A DNA stretch of 64,000 nt from Thermoproteaceae archaeon (lineage in GTDB: Archaea; Thermoproteota; Thermoprotei; Thermoproteales; Thermoproteaceae), in contig JAJHRB010000001.1 in NCBI GenBank assembly GCA_020833025.1, forward strand, positions 12,277-76,276, in the 5' to 3' direction. The notes below the pieces were generated by a model. It was not told the DNA's origin, searched no databases, and saw nothing but the letters and a program-made list of their open reading frames with translations. This document shows positions 53,159-62,256 of the stretch, in pieces. Every line of letters begins with the position of its first letter. Within the stretch, counting starts at the first letter, position 1. Both the position numbers and the translations under genes were made by a program.

Positions 53159-53230
53159 CAGGCTCAGCGCCGCCGGCCGGGCAGCGGGGCGGGAGAGCAA
53201 CTTTATATTGGCTCCGGCTCTCGTCGTAAC

Positions 53231-53491
53231 ATGTCGAGGACGGCGCAGCAGATTAGAATGCCGTCTCCAATAAAGTCACTCGTGAAGATGCTGAATAAGG
53301 AAGTCGTGGCGAGACTCAAGGGCGGTGTCGCTGTTAAAGGAGTACTGACGGCCTACGATAACTGCATGAATCTCGTGCTTGACGACGCAACGGAGCTTGG
53401 CGAGACAGGAGAACCGGTGGCGCGCCACGGCAGAATAGTGATCCGAGGGTCTCAAGTCGTCTATATTTCATCGCTTGACGCCACAGCATGA
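53231..53491 (+). CDS. Sm/LSm-like protein (start 53231 or 53258)
   Basis: Sm1 GVLTAYDNCMNLVLDDA; Sm2 IVIRGSQV. Confidence 0.92.
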   Translation: MSRTAQQIRMPSPIKSLVKMLNKEVVARLKGGVAVKGVLTAYDNCMNLVLDDATELGETGEPVARHGRIVIRGSQVVYISSLDATA

Positions 53492-54693
53492 TCATTGTCA
53501 GCAGGCTAGAGGCCGTACCAACGGTAAAAAAACAAGTTGAGGTGGTGGAGCGGAAGGGGCAGGGCCACCCCGATTACATCGCCGATGGGATTTCCGAGTA
53601 TGCCAGCCGGTATCTCTCGATGTATTACCTCAAGCAGTTTGGGGTCATTCTGCATCACAACATCGACAAGACGTTAATTGTCGGCGGGCAGTCAGCTCCG
53701 CGCTTTGGCGGTGGCGAGATCCTCCGGCCAATTTACATACTGATGTCAGGCAGGGCCACGTACGAAGTAAGGACAAAGGAGGGCACCGTGAAAGTGCCCA
53801 TAGGGCCTATTGTAATCAAGGCCGCCAGAGACTGGATAAAGCAGTACTTCAGATTCCTCGATCCTGACGTGCATGTGGTGATCGATTACAGGATAGGGCA
53901 GGGGTCTGCAGATCTCGTGGGCATATACGAGCTAGGCATGGGCAGGGTGCCCTTGGCAAATGACACATCCGTTGGCGTTGGCTTCGCGCCTCTGACGCCG
54001 CTGGAGGAACTCGTCTACAAGACGGAGCGGGTGCTCAACTCGCGAGACTTCAAGGCGAGGTTCCCAGAGGTCGGAGAGGACGTTAAAGTCATGGGCATGC
54101 GCGTGGGGAGGGACGTGAAGCTAATAGTGGCTGCTGCAATGATAAGCCACCTCGTCAAGGACAGAGACCACTACCTGTCGGTGAAGGAGGGGGTGAAGCG
54201 CGCAGTCGAGGACCTCGCGTCAAAAATAGCGCCAGACTACAACGTCAGCGTGACCGTAAACGCGGCGGACAGGCCGGAGCACGGGATATTCTACCTAACA
54301 GTCACAGGCACGTCGGCTGAGCACGGCGATGACGGCATGACCGGCAGGGGCAATAGGGCTAACGGACTGATAACGCCGACGAGGTACATGTCGCTAGAGG
54401 CCGCCGCAGGGAAGAATCCTGTCAGCCACGTCGGCAAGATCTACAACGCGCTGGCCCAGAGGATTGCAAGCAGGGTGTACCAGCAGGTGAAAGACGCGCA
54501 CGAGGTATATGTAAAGATAGTCTCACAGATAGGGAGGCCGATAAGCGAGCCCGAGCTCCTCAGCGTAGAGATAGTAGGTGGCGAGCTCACTAGCGACACC
54601 AAGAGAGAGGCCGAGGCCATTGCGGCTGAGGAGCTGGGTAGGATTACGCAGCTCACCGAGAGCTTATTGCGGGGGGAGATTTCCGTGTTCTGA
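53488..54693 (+). CDS. mat: S-adenosylmethionine synthetase (archaeal type)
   Basis: [33 protein letters not shown]. Confidence 0.96.
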   Translation: MIIVSRLEAVPTVKKQVEVVERKGQGHPDYIADGISEYASRYLSMYYLKQFGVILHHNIDKTLIVGGQSAPRFGGGEILRPIYILMSGRATYEVRTKEGTVKVPIGPIVIKAARDWIKQYFRFLDPDVHVVIDYRIGQGSADLVGIYELGMGRVPLANDTSVGVGFAPLTPLEELVYKTERVLNSRDFKARFPEVGEDVKVMGMRVGRDVKLIVAAAMISHLVKDRDHYLSVKEGVKRAVEDLASKIAPDYNVSVTVNAADRPEHGIFYLTVTGTSAEHGDDGMTGRGNRANGLITPTRYMSLEAAAGKNPVSHVGKIYNALAQRIASRVYQQVKDAHEVYVKIVSQIGRPISEPELLSVEIVGGELTSDTKREAEAIAAEELGRITQLTESLLRGEISVF

Positions 54694-54696
54694 CTC

Positions 54697-56463
54697 TCAG
54701 CCGCCCAGAAGACCTCTCCTGTACTCCTCAATCACCCTCCTCAGGTCAACGACACGCTCCCCGCTCCCCACCCGCTTCTTCAGAACTTCCGTCAGCTCTC
54801 TGACGGCATGTGCGTCCACGACGTAAAACTCGCCGAGTTGGAGCCGCGCGACCTGCCGCAGGGGAACGCCTGACACTCCCCGAGCCACGGCCTCCTCGAT
54901 GGTCTCTACATTCTTGCAGATTGAGCCGTAAGGCTCGCTCCCGTTACAATTAACAAGTTCCGACGCGTGAATTATGCGGTATTTAGTGCCGTAGTTGATA
55001 AGAATTTCGATCAGCGCCCTCTTGAGGCGCTCTATCTCTGCATCTCTCTCGCTCAGTGCGCGTGCCAGCGACTCCGCCCGCATTTGCAGCTCCCTGTACT
55101 TTACGTCGCGCCACCTCTCGTCCTCGAGGAGTCTCCGCAATTGCGCGTACTCTGCGCGCAGAGCGTCTAGCTCTTTGCGCAGCTGCTGGTTCTCGTACTC
55201 CAGCGCCCTGACGCGCGATAGAAGGCCCTCGTCAGCCGCGGCACGCGGCCTCTCAACGGTGACGCGCACAATGCGCACCTCCCGGCTCTCGCGCCTCTTA
55301 ATCGCCTCGGAGACAGCTTGCGCCACTGAGAGCCCGCGGACTATGAGAGCCTTGGCGTACTCAAGCTCGCCTGGCTCAAGCACGCTCCCGAACTCTCTCT
55401 CCAGGCGCTCGAACTTCTGCCTGTGCTCCTGATACGCCCTGTACGCTGCGGCGAGCGCGTCGCGCTCGTGCGACGTTCTCACTTGAACGCCCAGCCTCTC
55501 TACTAGCCGCGCCTTCTCCTCCGTTGTCAAGTCTCGCGATGGCGTGTAGAGCGCCGCCCCGCACATGGCAGCGAGCTTCCTCACGAATTCAGGCGCCTCG
55601 CTGACGTCGGTCGCGATCATTACCGGAATGCCCCACTGGTGCACGTACCTTATAATGTCGCCGCGGGAGAGGCCCCTGCGAGCGACAGTGTCGAGAACCT
55701 CGCCGCTGAGAGTAAGCACGGCGATACCTGTAACAGCGCCGGGGTCCACCCCAACTATTAAATGGCACTCGCGGACTGGGCCCCTGCTGCCTCTGGCCGG
55801 CGTCGAGTAAATAACGGCTGAGACGTCAATGCTCCGCATTGGTCTCACGTACCTTCTCACGACCTCCTTGCCTGCATAAACGACGAACTTGGCTGAAGTG
55901 ATCTCGCCGGACTCCTTGCGGATGAAGAGGTCGTAGTCAAGCCCCGCGCTCTTCAGCTTTGCCTCTATCCTCGCCGCTATCGATCTTATCCTGTGGCTGA
56001 CGTTCCTCACGAAGCGATTGTGACTCATACCGCCCGCCGCGGGCGATATTTTCCTGTACACCAGGATCACGGTCTCCTCCTCGAACAGCCTGACGGCAGT
56101 GCCGGCACCGCGCGCGGCGAGCGCGGCCAGATACTCTGCGGTCTCAGGCGGCTCAAGGCGGCTCCGGAACACGCCGAAGTGCTCGCCCACCAGCTCCTCA
56201 AGGCGCCTGTAGCCGCGTTCGTCTCTCGTCACCTCGACGACTGACACGTCGTAGGGAAGGCGGGCCAGCGCCCCTAGTATTGCCCTGCCGCTCGCTAGCA
56301 GCTCGCTCATGCTGTCTACCGCAATGACCTTGACCCTGTATCTCTTGAGGAGCCGCAGAATCGCGCGCGCGTCAGAGACGCCCCGCTCGACTACAGTACC
56401 ATTGTCCAGAACGGCGTAGGCGAAGGAGCCGCCCGGCGCGGCGTCGAGACCCAGTATTGCCAT
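54697..56463 (-). CDS. DUF460-domain protein (RNase H-like + coiled coil)
   Basis: ILGLD..., IVGVDPG, HERDALAAA, C-terminal coiled coil. Confidence 0.82.
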   Translation of the reverse strand: MAILGLDAAPGGSFAYAVLDNGTVVERGVSDARAILRLLKRYRVKVIAVDSMSELLASGRAILGALARLPYDVSVVEVTRDERGYRRLEELVGEHFGVFRSRLEPPETAEYLAALAARGAGTAVRLFEEETVILVYRKISPAAGGMSHNRFVRNVSHRIRSIAARIEAKLKSAGLDYDLFIRKESGEITSAKFVVYAGKEVVRRYVRPMRSIDVSAVIYSTPARGSRGPVRECHLIVGVDPGAVTGIAVLTLSGEVLDTVARRGLSRGDIIRYVHQWGIPVMIATDVSEAPEFVRKLAAMCGAALYTPSRDLTTEEKARLVERLGVQVRTSHERDALAAAYRAYQEHRQKFERLEREFGSVLEPGELEYAKALIVRGLSVAQAVSEAIKRRESREVRIVRVTVERPRAAADEGLLSRVRALEYENQQLRKELDALRAEYAQLRRLLEDERWRDVKYRELQMRAESLARALSERDAEIERLKRALIEILINYGTKYRIIHASELVNCNGSEPYGSICKNVETIEEAVARGVSGVPLRQVARLQLGEFYVVDAHAVRELTEVLKKRVGSGERVVDLRRVIEEYRRGLLGG

Positions 56464-57392
56464 TAAACGCCCCGCCTGAAGAGGTACTTGTTCATTTCCG
56501 CAATGAAGTCTCTGGCAGCGCTGCCGCCCTCCTCTGCCGCCCTCATAACCTCACTCACGGGCAGCTCAACGCCTCTCTTCCTGAAGTAGCTCGCGATGTT
56601 ATTGATGTCGCGCAGCAGAAGCCCTGCCGCGTTCTGGTGCCACACAGGCACCCACTGGGGCCAGTCAATGACGTAGCCGCGCTCGCCGACAATGACATTG
56701 TACGGGGACAGGTCTCCGTGTATTATGCCGGCGCGAAGCGCCGCCAGGAGGGTTGTCACAATGTCGTCGGCTATTCTCTTAAAGTCGCCGTCCGCCAGGC
56801 GGTGCAGCTCAACGCCGTTAATATATGACATGACAACGACATGCCTATTGTACGCGAGCGGCTCTGGCACGATCCCGCCCGCGTCGAAAATCTTCCTGAG
56901 AGCAAAGTACTCTGCAAGCGCAGAGAGTCTCGTCTCGTAAACCTGCTTTAGGTGCCTGAATTTGCGCACTCTGGACCTGAACGCCTTATCGTACCGGAAC
57001 GCCGACGCGCCGCCTCTGTAAAACTTCAGGGCAACTTTGAAGCCGGACGGCATCTCGCCGGCGTAGACGGCGGCCTCCTTGCCGACGCCAATGGGCGTTG
57101 GCGAGACTCTGACCACTCTCTGTCTGGCGCGCAGCGTGTGAAGAGCAAGAACGTCGTAGCCCGCCGCAGTGATCCTCCAGCCCAAATAGGCAGAGTGGCT
57201 CCGTCTCAGCAGCCCCAGAGCGTGCATCCTCCTAATGCTCTGCGCCACCTCCTCCCTCCTGCACCTACTCCACCTCTCAATCAGCTCCTGCGGCACGTAC
57301 TCGTAGTACTTGTGGCCCGCCTCGATCACTCTGAGAGTCCTAAGGTCCCTCTTTGTCAGCTTGCCGTAGGCCTCGACGACGTTTACAATCAC
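56463..57392 (-). CDS. rio2: RIO2-type Ser/Thr kinase
   Basis: N-terminal winged helix, GVGKEA, IIHGDLSPYN, IDWPQ. Confidence 0.9.
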   Translation of the reverse strand: MIVNVVEAYGKLTKRDLRTLRVIEAGHKYYEYVPQELIERWSRCRREEVAQSIRRMHALGLLRRSHSAYLGWRITAAGYDVLALHTLRARQRVVRVSPTPIGVGKEAAVYAGEMPSGFKVALKFYRGGASAFRYDKAFRSRVRKFRHLKQVYETRLSALAEYFALRKIFDAGGIVPEPLAYNRHVVVMSYINGVELHRLADGDFKRIADDIVTTLLAALRAGIIHGDLSPYNVIVGERGYVIDWPQWVPVWHQNAAGLLLRDINNIASYFRKRGVELPVSEVMRAAEEGGSAARDFIAEMNKYLFRRGV

Positions 57393-57426
57393 TATGCACT
57401 AAAACGGCAGCACGGACTTAAACGTT

Positions 57427-57846
57427 ATGAGGAGAGTAGTAACGCTAATTTCAAGAGAGCAGGCCGTGACCGGCCACAGGTTCCGCGTGGTCGCGGTCCC
57501 CGCAGAGTGCAGGGCGTGCAAGCTTTACTCCGTGTGCATGGGCAGGCTGGCGCCAGGTCTCACGTACAGGATAGTCAGTGTGAGGCAGTCAATGGGCCAG
57601 AGGTGCAGGATCTCCGGCAGCGAGATGGTTCCCGTTGTCGTCGAGCCGTGCCCGCTCGTCGGGCTTGTCCCGGCTCACAAGGCGCTCGAGGGGGTTATTG
57701 TCACGTTTGAGGGGGAGTGTGCAGGGTGCGAAGGGTGCCCCCTCGACGTGGTGAAGCCGGGCGCGAAGATAAAGATTCTCAAGCTGCTCGGGAGGGTTGA
57801 GTGCCGCGGGAGGCCCTTTGCCGTTGTTGAATTTTACGTCTTATGA
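57427..57846 (+). CDS. UPF0179 family protein
   Basis: VTLI..., CRACKLYSVC Cys pattern. Confidence 0.8.
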   Translation: MRRVVTLISREQAVTGHRFRVVAVPAECRACKLYSVCMGRLAPGLTYRIVSVRQSMGQRCRISGSEMVPVVVEPCPLVGLVPAHKALEGVIVTFEGECAGCEGCPLDVVKPGAKIKILKLLGRVECRGRPFAVVEFYVL

Positions 57847-58054
57847 GCGCCCTCACCCTGAGGATTAAGTAGTGCAGCGGCCTCTCAAGACCCCTCTCCC
57901 TGGCCTCCTTGACTGTATCCCTCAGCGCGGCCTTCGCCTCCTCAACCCTGCCCTCTCGGGCCAGCCTCTCTGCCTCCCTCAGGCGCACGATCAATCTTGC
58001 CGCGGCTTCTGCCAGCTCTCCGGCCTCGGCCACGCGGCCATCGCCGCAGCGCAT
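57779..58054 (-). CDS. Small helical hypothetical protein
   Basis: Native-looking Glu/Arg/Ala-rich helical ORF with TTAA promoter upstream; 3' end overlaps UPF0179. Confidence 0.5.
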   Translation of the reverse strand: MRCGDGRVAEAGELAEAAARLIVRLREAERLAREGRVEEAKAALRDTVKEARERGLERPLHYLILRVRALIRRKIQQRQRASRGTQPSRAA

Positions 58055-58253
58055 TTTAAGCTTTTAACCCCGCCAGCGCCTTCGCGGCGTGCGCGGGCTC
58101 TACAGAGGCATTGACATGCCCGGAGGTCTCTGGCACGCCTGCGGACCCGCAGACGGCCTCAGAGGGCGCCCAGCAGCGACTGGGCGGCCCGCCGCCGCGC
58201 TGACAAGGCGCGAGCGCCGGAAGGGGACCAAAGAATGCTGAAGGCGCTAGGCA

Positions 58254-58934
58254 ATGGATAGGGCTGCCGTTTACATCAGGAACCTTGAGGGCGCGCTGAA
58301 TACCCTGGTGCTCAAGGACAGAGCGTGCAAGCACGTCGTGGACCTCGTGCGCGCGTACCTCAAGGATTCCAAGTACTACTACTCAGTCGGTGACATTGAG
58401 ACCGCAATAGCTACCGCGTCTTACGCGGAGGGACTGCTGGACGCCCTGAGATTAATAGGCGCCGCGAGCTTTGAGTGGAGGAGGCCCAGCGAGATAAAGA
58501 ACGTGAGATCAGTCATGGTCGCCGGGACGTTTGAGATACTGCACCCCGGCCATCTCGCCTACCTCAGAGAGGCATGGAAGCTGGGCTACGTCACTGCAGT
58601 CGTGTCGTCGGACGAGAACGCGGCGAGGTTCAAGGGGCGTAAAATTGCAATCCCGCAGAGCCAGAGGGCAGAGGTCCTCTCCTCGGTTTACTACGTCCAC
58701 CGCGTCGTCATGGGGGGGCCGGGCAATATATTCGATGTGCTGGAGTTAGTGAGGCCTGACGTGATCCTCCTCGGGCCTGACCAGAGGGTCTCTGAGGACG
58801 AGGTCAGGAGGGAGGCCAGAGAGCGCGGGCTCGAGGTAGAGGTCATCCGCATGCGCGAGATTAAGAACTGCGGGCTCTGCAGCACGACTAAGGTTATCGA
58901 GAAGATACTGGCTGAGTTTTCAGGATGCCGCTGA
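58254..58934 (+). CDS. DUF357 + cytidylyltransferase (FAD synthase RibL-like) fusion
   Basis: N-terminal YLKDSKYY...[12 protein letters not shown] (DUF357); C-terminal [22 protein letters not shown]. Confidence 0.8.
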   Translation: MDRAAVYIRNLEGALNTLVLKDRACKHVVDLVRAYLKDSKYYYSVGDIETAIATASYAEGLLDALRLIGAASFEWRRPSEIKNVRSVMVAGTFEILHPGHLAYLREAWKLGYVTAVVSSDENAARFKGRKIAIPQSQRAEVLSSVYYVHRVVMGGPGNIFDVLELVRPDVILLGPDQRVSEDEVRREARERGLEVEVIRMREIKNCGLCSTTKVIEKILAEFSGCR

Positions 58935-59578
58935 ACCTGGAGGCCGCCAGAAGGGTGCAGGAGGCGCTGGCCTTGCGCGTCAGAGCCGTACCGCTCGCGC
59001 GTGTCAGCACAGTCGCGGGTCTCGATGTCGCCTACCGGGACGGCCTAGCGTTTAGTGCCGCCGTCGTTGTTGAGATTCCGGGCACGCGCGTGGTGGAGAC
59101 GGCCCATTCAATAAGCAAGTGCGCCGTTCCCTATGTGCCGACCTTCCTGGCGTTCAGGGAGTTGACGCCGATGCTGCGGGCCTACATGAAGCTGAGGCAG
59201 AAGCCGGACGTGCTGCTGGTCGACGGCCACGGCATTGCCCACCCCCGGAGGCTTGGGATAGCGTCGCACATAGGTGTCGTCCTCAACAAGCCGGCAATTG
59301 GGGTCGCGAAGTCGAGACTCTACGGCGTTGAGTCCGGGAGCGCCGTCCTGGACCCGTTGACGGGCGAGATAATTGCCAGGATCGTGACGTGCGGCGGGCG
59401 GAGGAGGTATGTCTCAATAGGCTCGGGGGTCGCGCTCGATGACGCCGTGAGGCTCGTCGAGATGCTCTGCGTCGGGGGAGACGTCCTCCCGCTGAGGCTG
59501 GCACACGACGCGGCGAGCAGGCTCAAGAGGGCGAGGCCTGCGGCATTTGACCAGTGGGGGGAGGCCGTCGCGTGGTAA
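58925..59578 (+). CDS. nfi: Endonuclease V
   Basis: [41 protein letters not shown]. Confidence 0.95.
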   Translation: MPLNLEAARRVQEALALRVRAVPLARVSTVAGLDVAYRDGLAFSAAVVVEIPGTRVVETAHSISKCAVPYVPTFLAFRELTPMLRAYMKLRQKPDVLLVDGHGIAHPRRLGIASHIGVVLNKPAIGVAKSRLYGVESGSAVLDPLTGEIIARIVTCGGRRRYVSIGSGVALDDAVRLVEMLCVGGDVLPLRLAHDAASRLKRARPAAFDQWGEAVAW

Positions 59579-60259
59579 GCGGGTAAGCGGGGCCTCCCGC
59601 GCCTCCCTACAGAGAGCAGCCACGGGGCATTCGAAGCACGCAGGCCGCCTAGCGCTGCACACCTTCCTGGCGAGGTCCAGCAGGCCGAAGTTGTACTCGC
59701 GGGAGCCTCCCGGCGGCACGAGACTTCTCGCGAGCTCGACGAACTCCGGGTCCAGGTACGGCCTGGAGCTGCGCGGCCTGACGCCGAGGGCCCTCCACAG
59801 CACCCTCACTGCGTTGGTGTCCAGAAGCGGCTCCCTCGCGCCGAGTACTGCAACCAGGACCTCCCGGGCCGTGTAGTCGCCGACGCCGGTGAGCCTCACG
59901 AGCTCTCCGAGGCTGAGCGGGACCCAGCCGCCGTGCCTTGCGAGAAGCTCAGCTGCGAGCCTCTTCAGCTGCCTCGCCCTGACTCTCTCCATGCCGAGAG
60001 GCCGCAGCGCGCGCTCTACCTCCTTGACGGGAGCGGCCGCGAGCTCGCGCGGCGAGGGCCACCTCCTCAAGAACTCGCCGTACACTCCCAGCACCTGCCT
60101 GGCGGTGGTCCTCCTCAACAGCACGCCGGCGACGAGCACAGCCCAGGGATCGCGCGTGACCCTCCACGGCAGGTTCCTATCGCCGCGCTCGCGGTACCAC
60201 TCGACCACTGCGAGCGAGAACTGCCGCGCGCCGCCCACGGCCGCCCCGCCGCAGTGCAT
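59414..60259 (-). CDS. HhH-GPD [4Fe-4S] T/U:G mismatch glycosylase (Mig/TDG type)
   Basis: LPWR, LLRRTT (Mig-type), GVGDYT HhH, DTN, C-x6-C-x2-C-x5-C; 3' end overlaps nfi. Confidence 0.85.
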   Translation of the reverse strand: MHCGGAAVGGARQFSLAVVEWYRERGDRNLPWRVTRDPWAVLVAGVLLRRTTARQVLGVYGEFLRRWPSPRELAAAPVKEVERALRPLGMERVRARQLKRLAAELLARHGGWVPLSLGELVRLTGVGDYTAREVLVAVLGAREPLLDTNAVRVLWRALGVRPRSSRPYLDPEFVELARSLVPPGGSREYNFGLLDLARKVCSARRPACFECPVAALCREAREAPLTRLPRDGLPPLVKCRRPRPLEPARRVVCQPQREDVSPDAEHLDEPHGVIERDPRAY

Positions 60260-60280
60260 TTAGAGAATTCCGGCGCGGCT

Positions 60281-60333
60281 TCGGCACTCGGCAAAGTCCT
60301 CACCGGTCAGGCGACCCCGGACTCTCTCCTCAC
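60281..60333 (-). ncRNA. C/D-box guide sRNA
   Basis: Minus strand GTGAGGA-gagagtccggggtcgc-CTGA-ccg-GTGAGGA-ctttgccgagtg-CCGA. Confidence 0.75.
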
Positions 60334-60593
60334 CCGCCCGCACGACGAGAGCCCCCTAAATAGCTCTTGCAGGCACTCCAGTAGTGTTCCGGCCGCCGGG
60401 GCGACCCGCGCGCTGCGCCCCGGGGGGCTTCTGAGGCAAGCCACGGCACTGCGCGCGGAAAGGAGCCGGGGCCGAGTCCGCCGGCGGAGGGCTCAAGAAT
60501 GGTGACCCGGCCCCGCGTTAAAGCCCTGCTGGATATGATATCTAAGTATTGTATTGTAAAGCAAATATTTTTACGCCTGGAGAAGGCCCTCTT

Positions 60594-61004
60594 GTGGCTG
60601 ACGTCTCCACCATCGCCTACGACGCGCTTAAGGCTGCGGCGGAGCACGCGCTGAAGAAAATTAGGGAGGGCAAGAGGCTGTCCGCCGAGGAAATCCTCGT
60701 CCTTTACCTTGGCACGATTGTAAGTGACATCAGGGAGATCAGAGCAGAAATAGGCAGAACGAACCAGCGCGTAGACGACCTGGCAAAGTCCCTGTCCGCG
60801 CGGATAGACGAGACGAACAGACGCATCGACGAGATCGCGAAGAGCCTCTCGGCGAGGATAGACGAGCTTGCAAGGAGGATAGATGTCGTTCAGGCCGCCC
60901 TTCTGGGGAGGATAGACGAGCTTGCAAGGAGAGTAGATGTCGTCCAGACAACCCTTCTGGAGATGCAGAAACTAATGGTGGAACTGGTCAAAAGGAGCGG
61001 CTAG
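60594..61004 (+). CDS. paREP15-like coiled-coil repeat protein
   Basis: KIREGKRLSAEEILVLYLGTIV head followed by four 18-aa units; probable GTG start at 60594. Confidence 0.7.
   Translation: MADVSTIAYDALKAAAEHALKKIREGKRLSAEEILVLYLGTIVSDIREIRAEIGRTNQRVDDLAKSLSARIDETNRRIDEIAKSLSARIDELARRIDVVQAALLGRIDELARRVDVVQTTLLEMQKLMVELVKRSG
60855..60962 (+). repeat. 54-bp tandem duplication inside the paREP15-like gene
   Basis: AGGATAGACGAGCTTGCAAGGAG...CCCTTCTGG at 60855 and 60909. Confidence 0.85.
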
Positions 61005-61673
61005 ACTTGACAAATTAAAGGCTGGCGGTCTCGCCTATGCATCGTCAGCCTCTACGCTTGGGTTCGCGCACATCGTGGCAAAAATTTAGCCAAGCCCGGA
61101 AAGGGCGCGGTGGCCGTCGGGAGATCCGGAGAGGCTCGGGCTTTGCGGCAGACAGCCGACGGAGGGTTGGCGCCAGGCCTTAAGGGGGGCCGCGCGATCA
61201 CGTAAATTTAGGCCCGTTGTGACAGCGCCCAATGCCGTTGTCGAGGCGCGGTTCCGCGCGGCTCCTGGCGGTTCTGGGATTGACGGCCTAGGCGGCATCG
61301 TGCACGGATGCACGGGCGGCATTCAACTGAGTGCGCACCGCGACGTTTACGGTTACATTCCGTTAATGACAGGTACGTAATTCTGGGGATTTGAAAGAGG
61401 GATGTAAGGCGCGTCGAGACCCTAATTGACGCCGGGAGGGTGAGCGGAGGCCCCTGCTGTCGCTGTACAACGAGACGGAAGAGACTCTGCGCGTAATTGT
61501 GCCATAGGCAGCTCCTCCACGTGCCGTTCCAACTCAGACTCCCGGTGGTTCACCTGCCGTTGCCGGTAGCGTATGATGCAGCGCCTCCCTGCCCGCGCAG
61601 GGGTCGTTCATGAGGGCGCGGACGGTTCTCCGCGCCCCTCAATGCTCAGAAAGCCGCCGAAGAGGGCTGTTGC

Positions 61674-62243
61674 TCACCTTAAGCTCTCCTGTCCTTGTCC
61701 CCGTTCCTGCCCTCCCTCACGAGATGTTTGTACATACCTCCGCCCCCGCAGCGTTAAGAGGCCTATTACTGTGCTCACAGTAATCGCGGCGCCAACGGCC
61801 GCCCACAATAGTGCCTGCCCTTCCGCCCGCTGGAGGGGCAGCTGGGCAGCCCGCGAGGCCGGCGCGGGGGTCGTCACGACGATCTCCTCGAACTGCGAGT
61901 TGCCTGAGTCGTCGTCTATCCTGGCGGCCACTCTGAGCGTCGCGTTCCGCCCCGCTCTCAGCGCTATCACCGCGAGAGTCACGTTCTGCGCGCCGGGCCT
62001 CACCTCGTCGTTGAGGTCCACGGCCTTTATCACGCCGCCGTTCCACTCGCTCAGCCTGGCCCACGGCGGGAAGTTGACATACACAACCTCCCCGCCTGTG
62101 ATGTTTATGGTGTAGCCAGCCAGCCCCTCCGGCGCCTTGTCGAGAACAAGCGTTACGTTGAGAAACTCGCCGCTTTGCACAACATGCGCCGTCAAGGCCG
62201 AGAAAGCTGCTACGGCAGTCAACAGGAGGAGGAGAGGCTTCAT
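61674..62243 (-). CDS. Membrane-anchored single-cohesin protein
   Basis: Signal peptide MKPLLLLLTAVAAFSALTA; cohesin-like LVLDKAPEGLAGY...KAVDLNDEVRPGAQNVTLA...IDDDSG; C-terminal TM helix followed by RGRR. Confidence 0.7.
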   Translation of the reverse strand: MKPLLLLLTAVAAFSALTAHVVQSGEFLNVTLVLDKAPEGLAGYTINITGGEVVYVNFPPWARLSEWNGGVIKAVDLNDEVRPGAQNVTLAVIALRAGRNATLRVAARIDDDSGNSQFEEIVVTTPAPASRAAQLPLQRAEGQALLWAAVGAAITVSTVIGLLTLRGRRYVQTSREGGQERGQGQESLR

Positions 62244-62256
62244 GAACGCGCTACAT

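Noticed and set aside
61081-61200. SRP RNA-like (GCCAAGCCCGGAAAGGGCGCGG)
   Set aside because: Only superficially like helix 8; the conserved CAGG/AGCA internal loop is missing.
61375-61397. CRISPR-repeat-like end (...GGATTTGAAAG)
   Set aside because: Single occurrence; no regularly spaced repeats and no cas genes.
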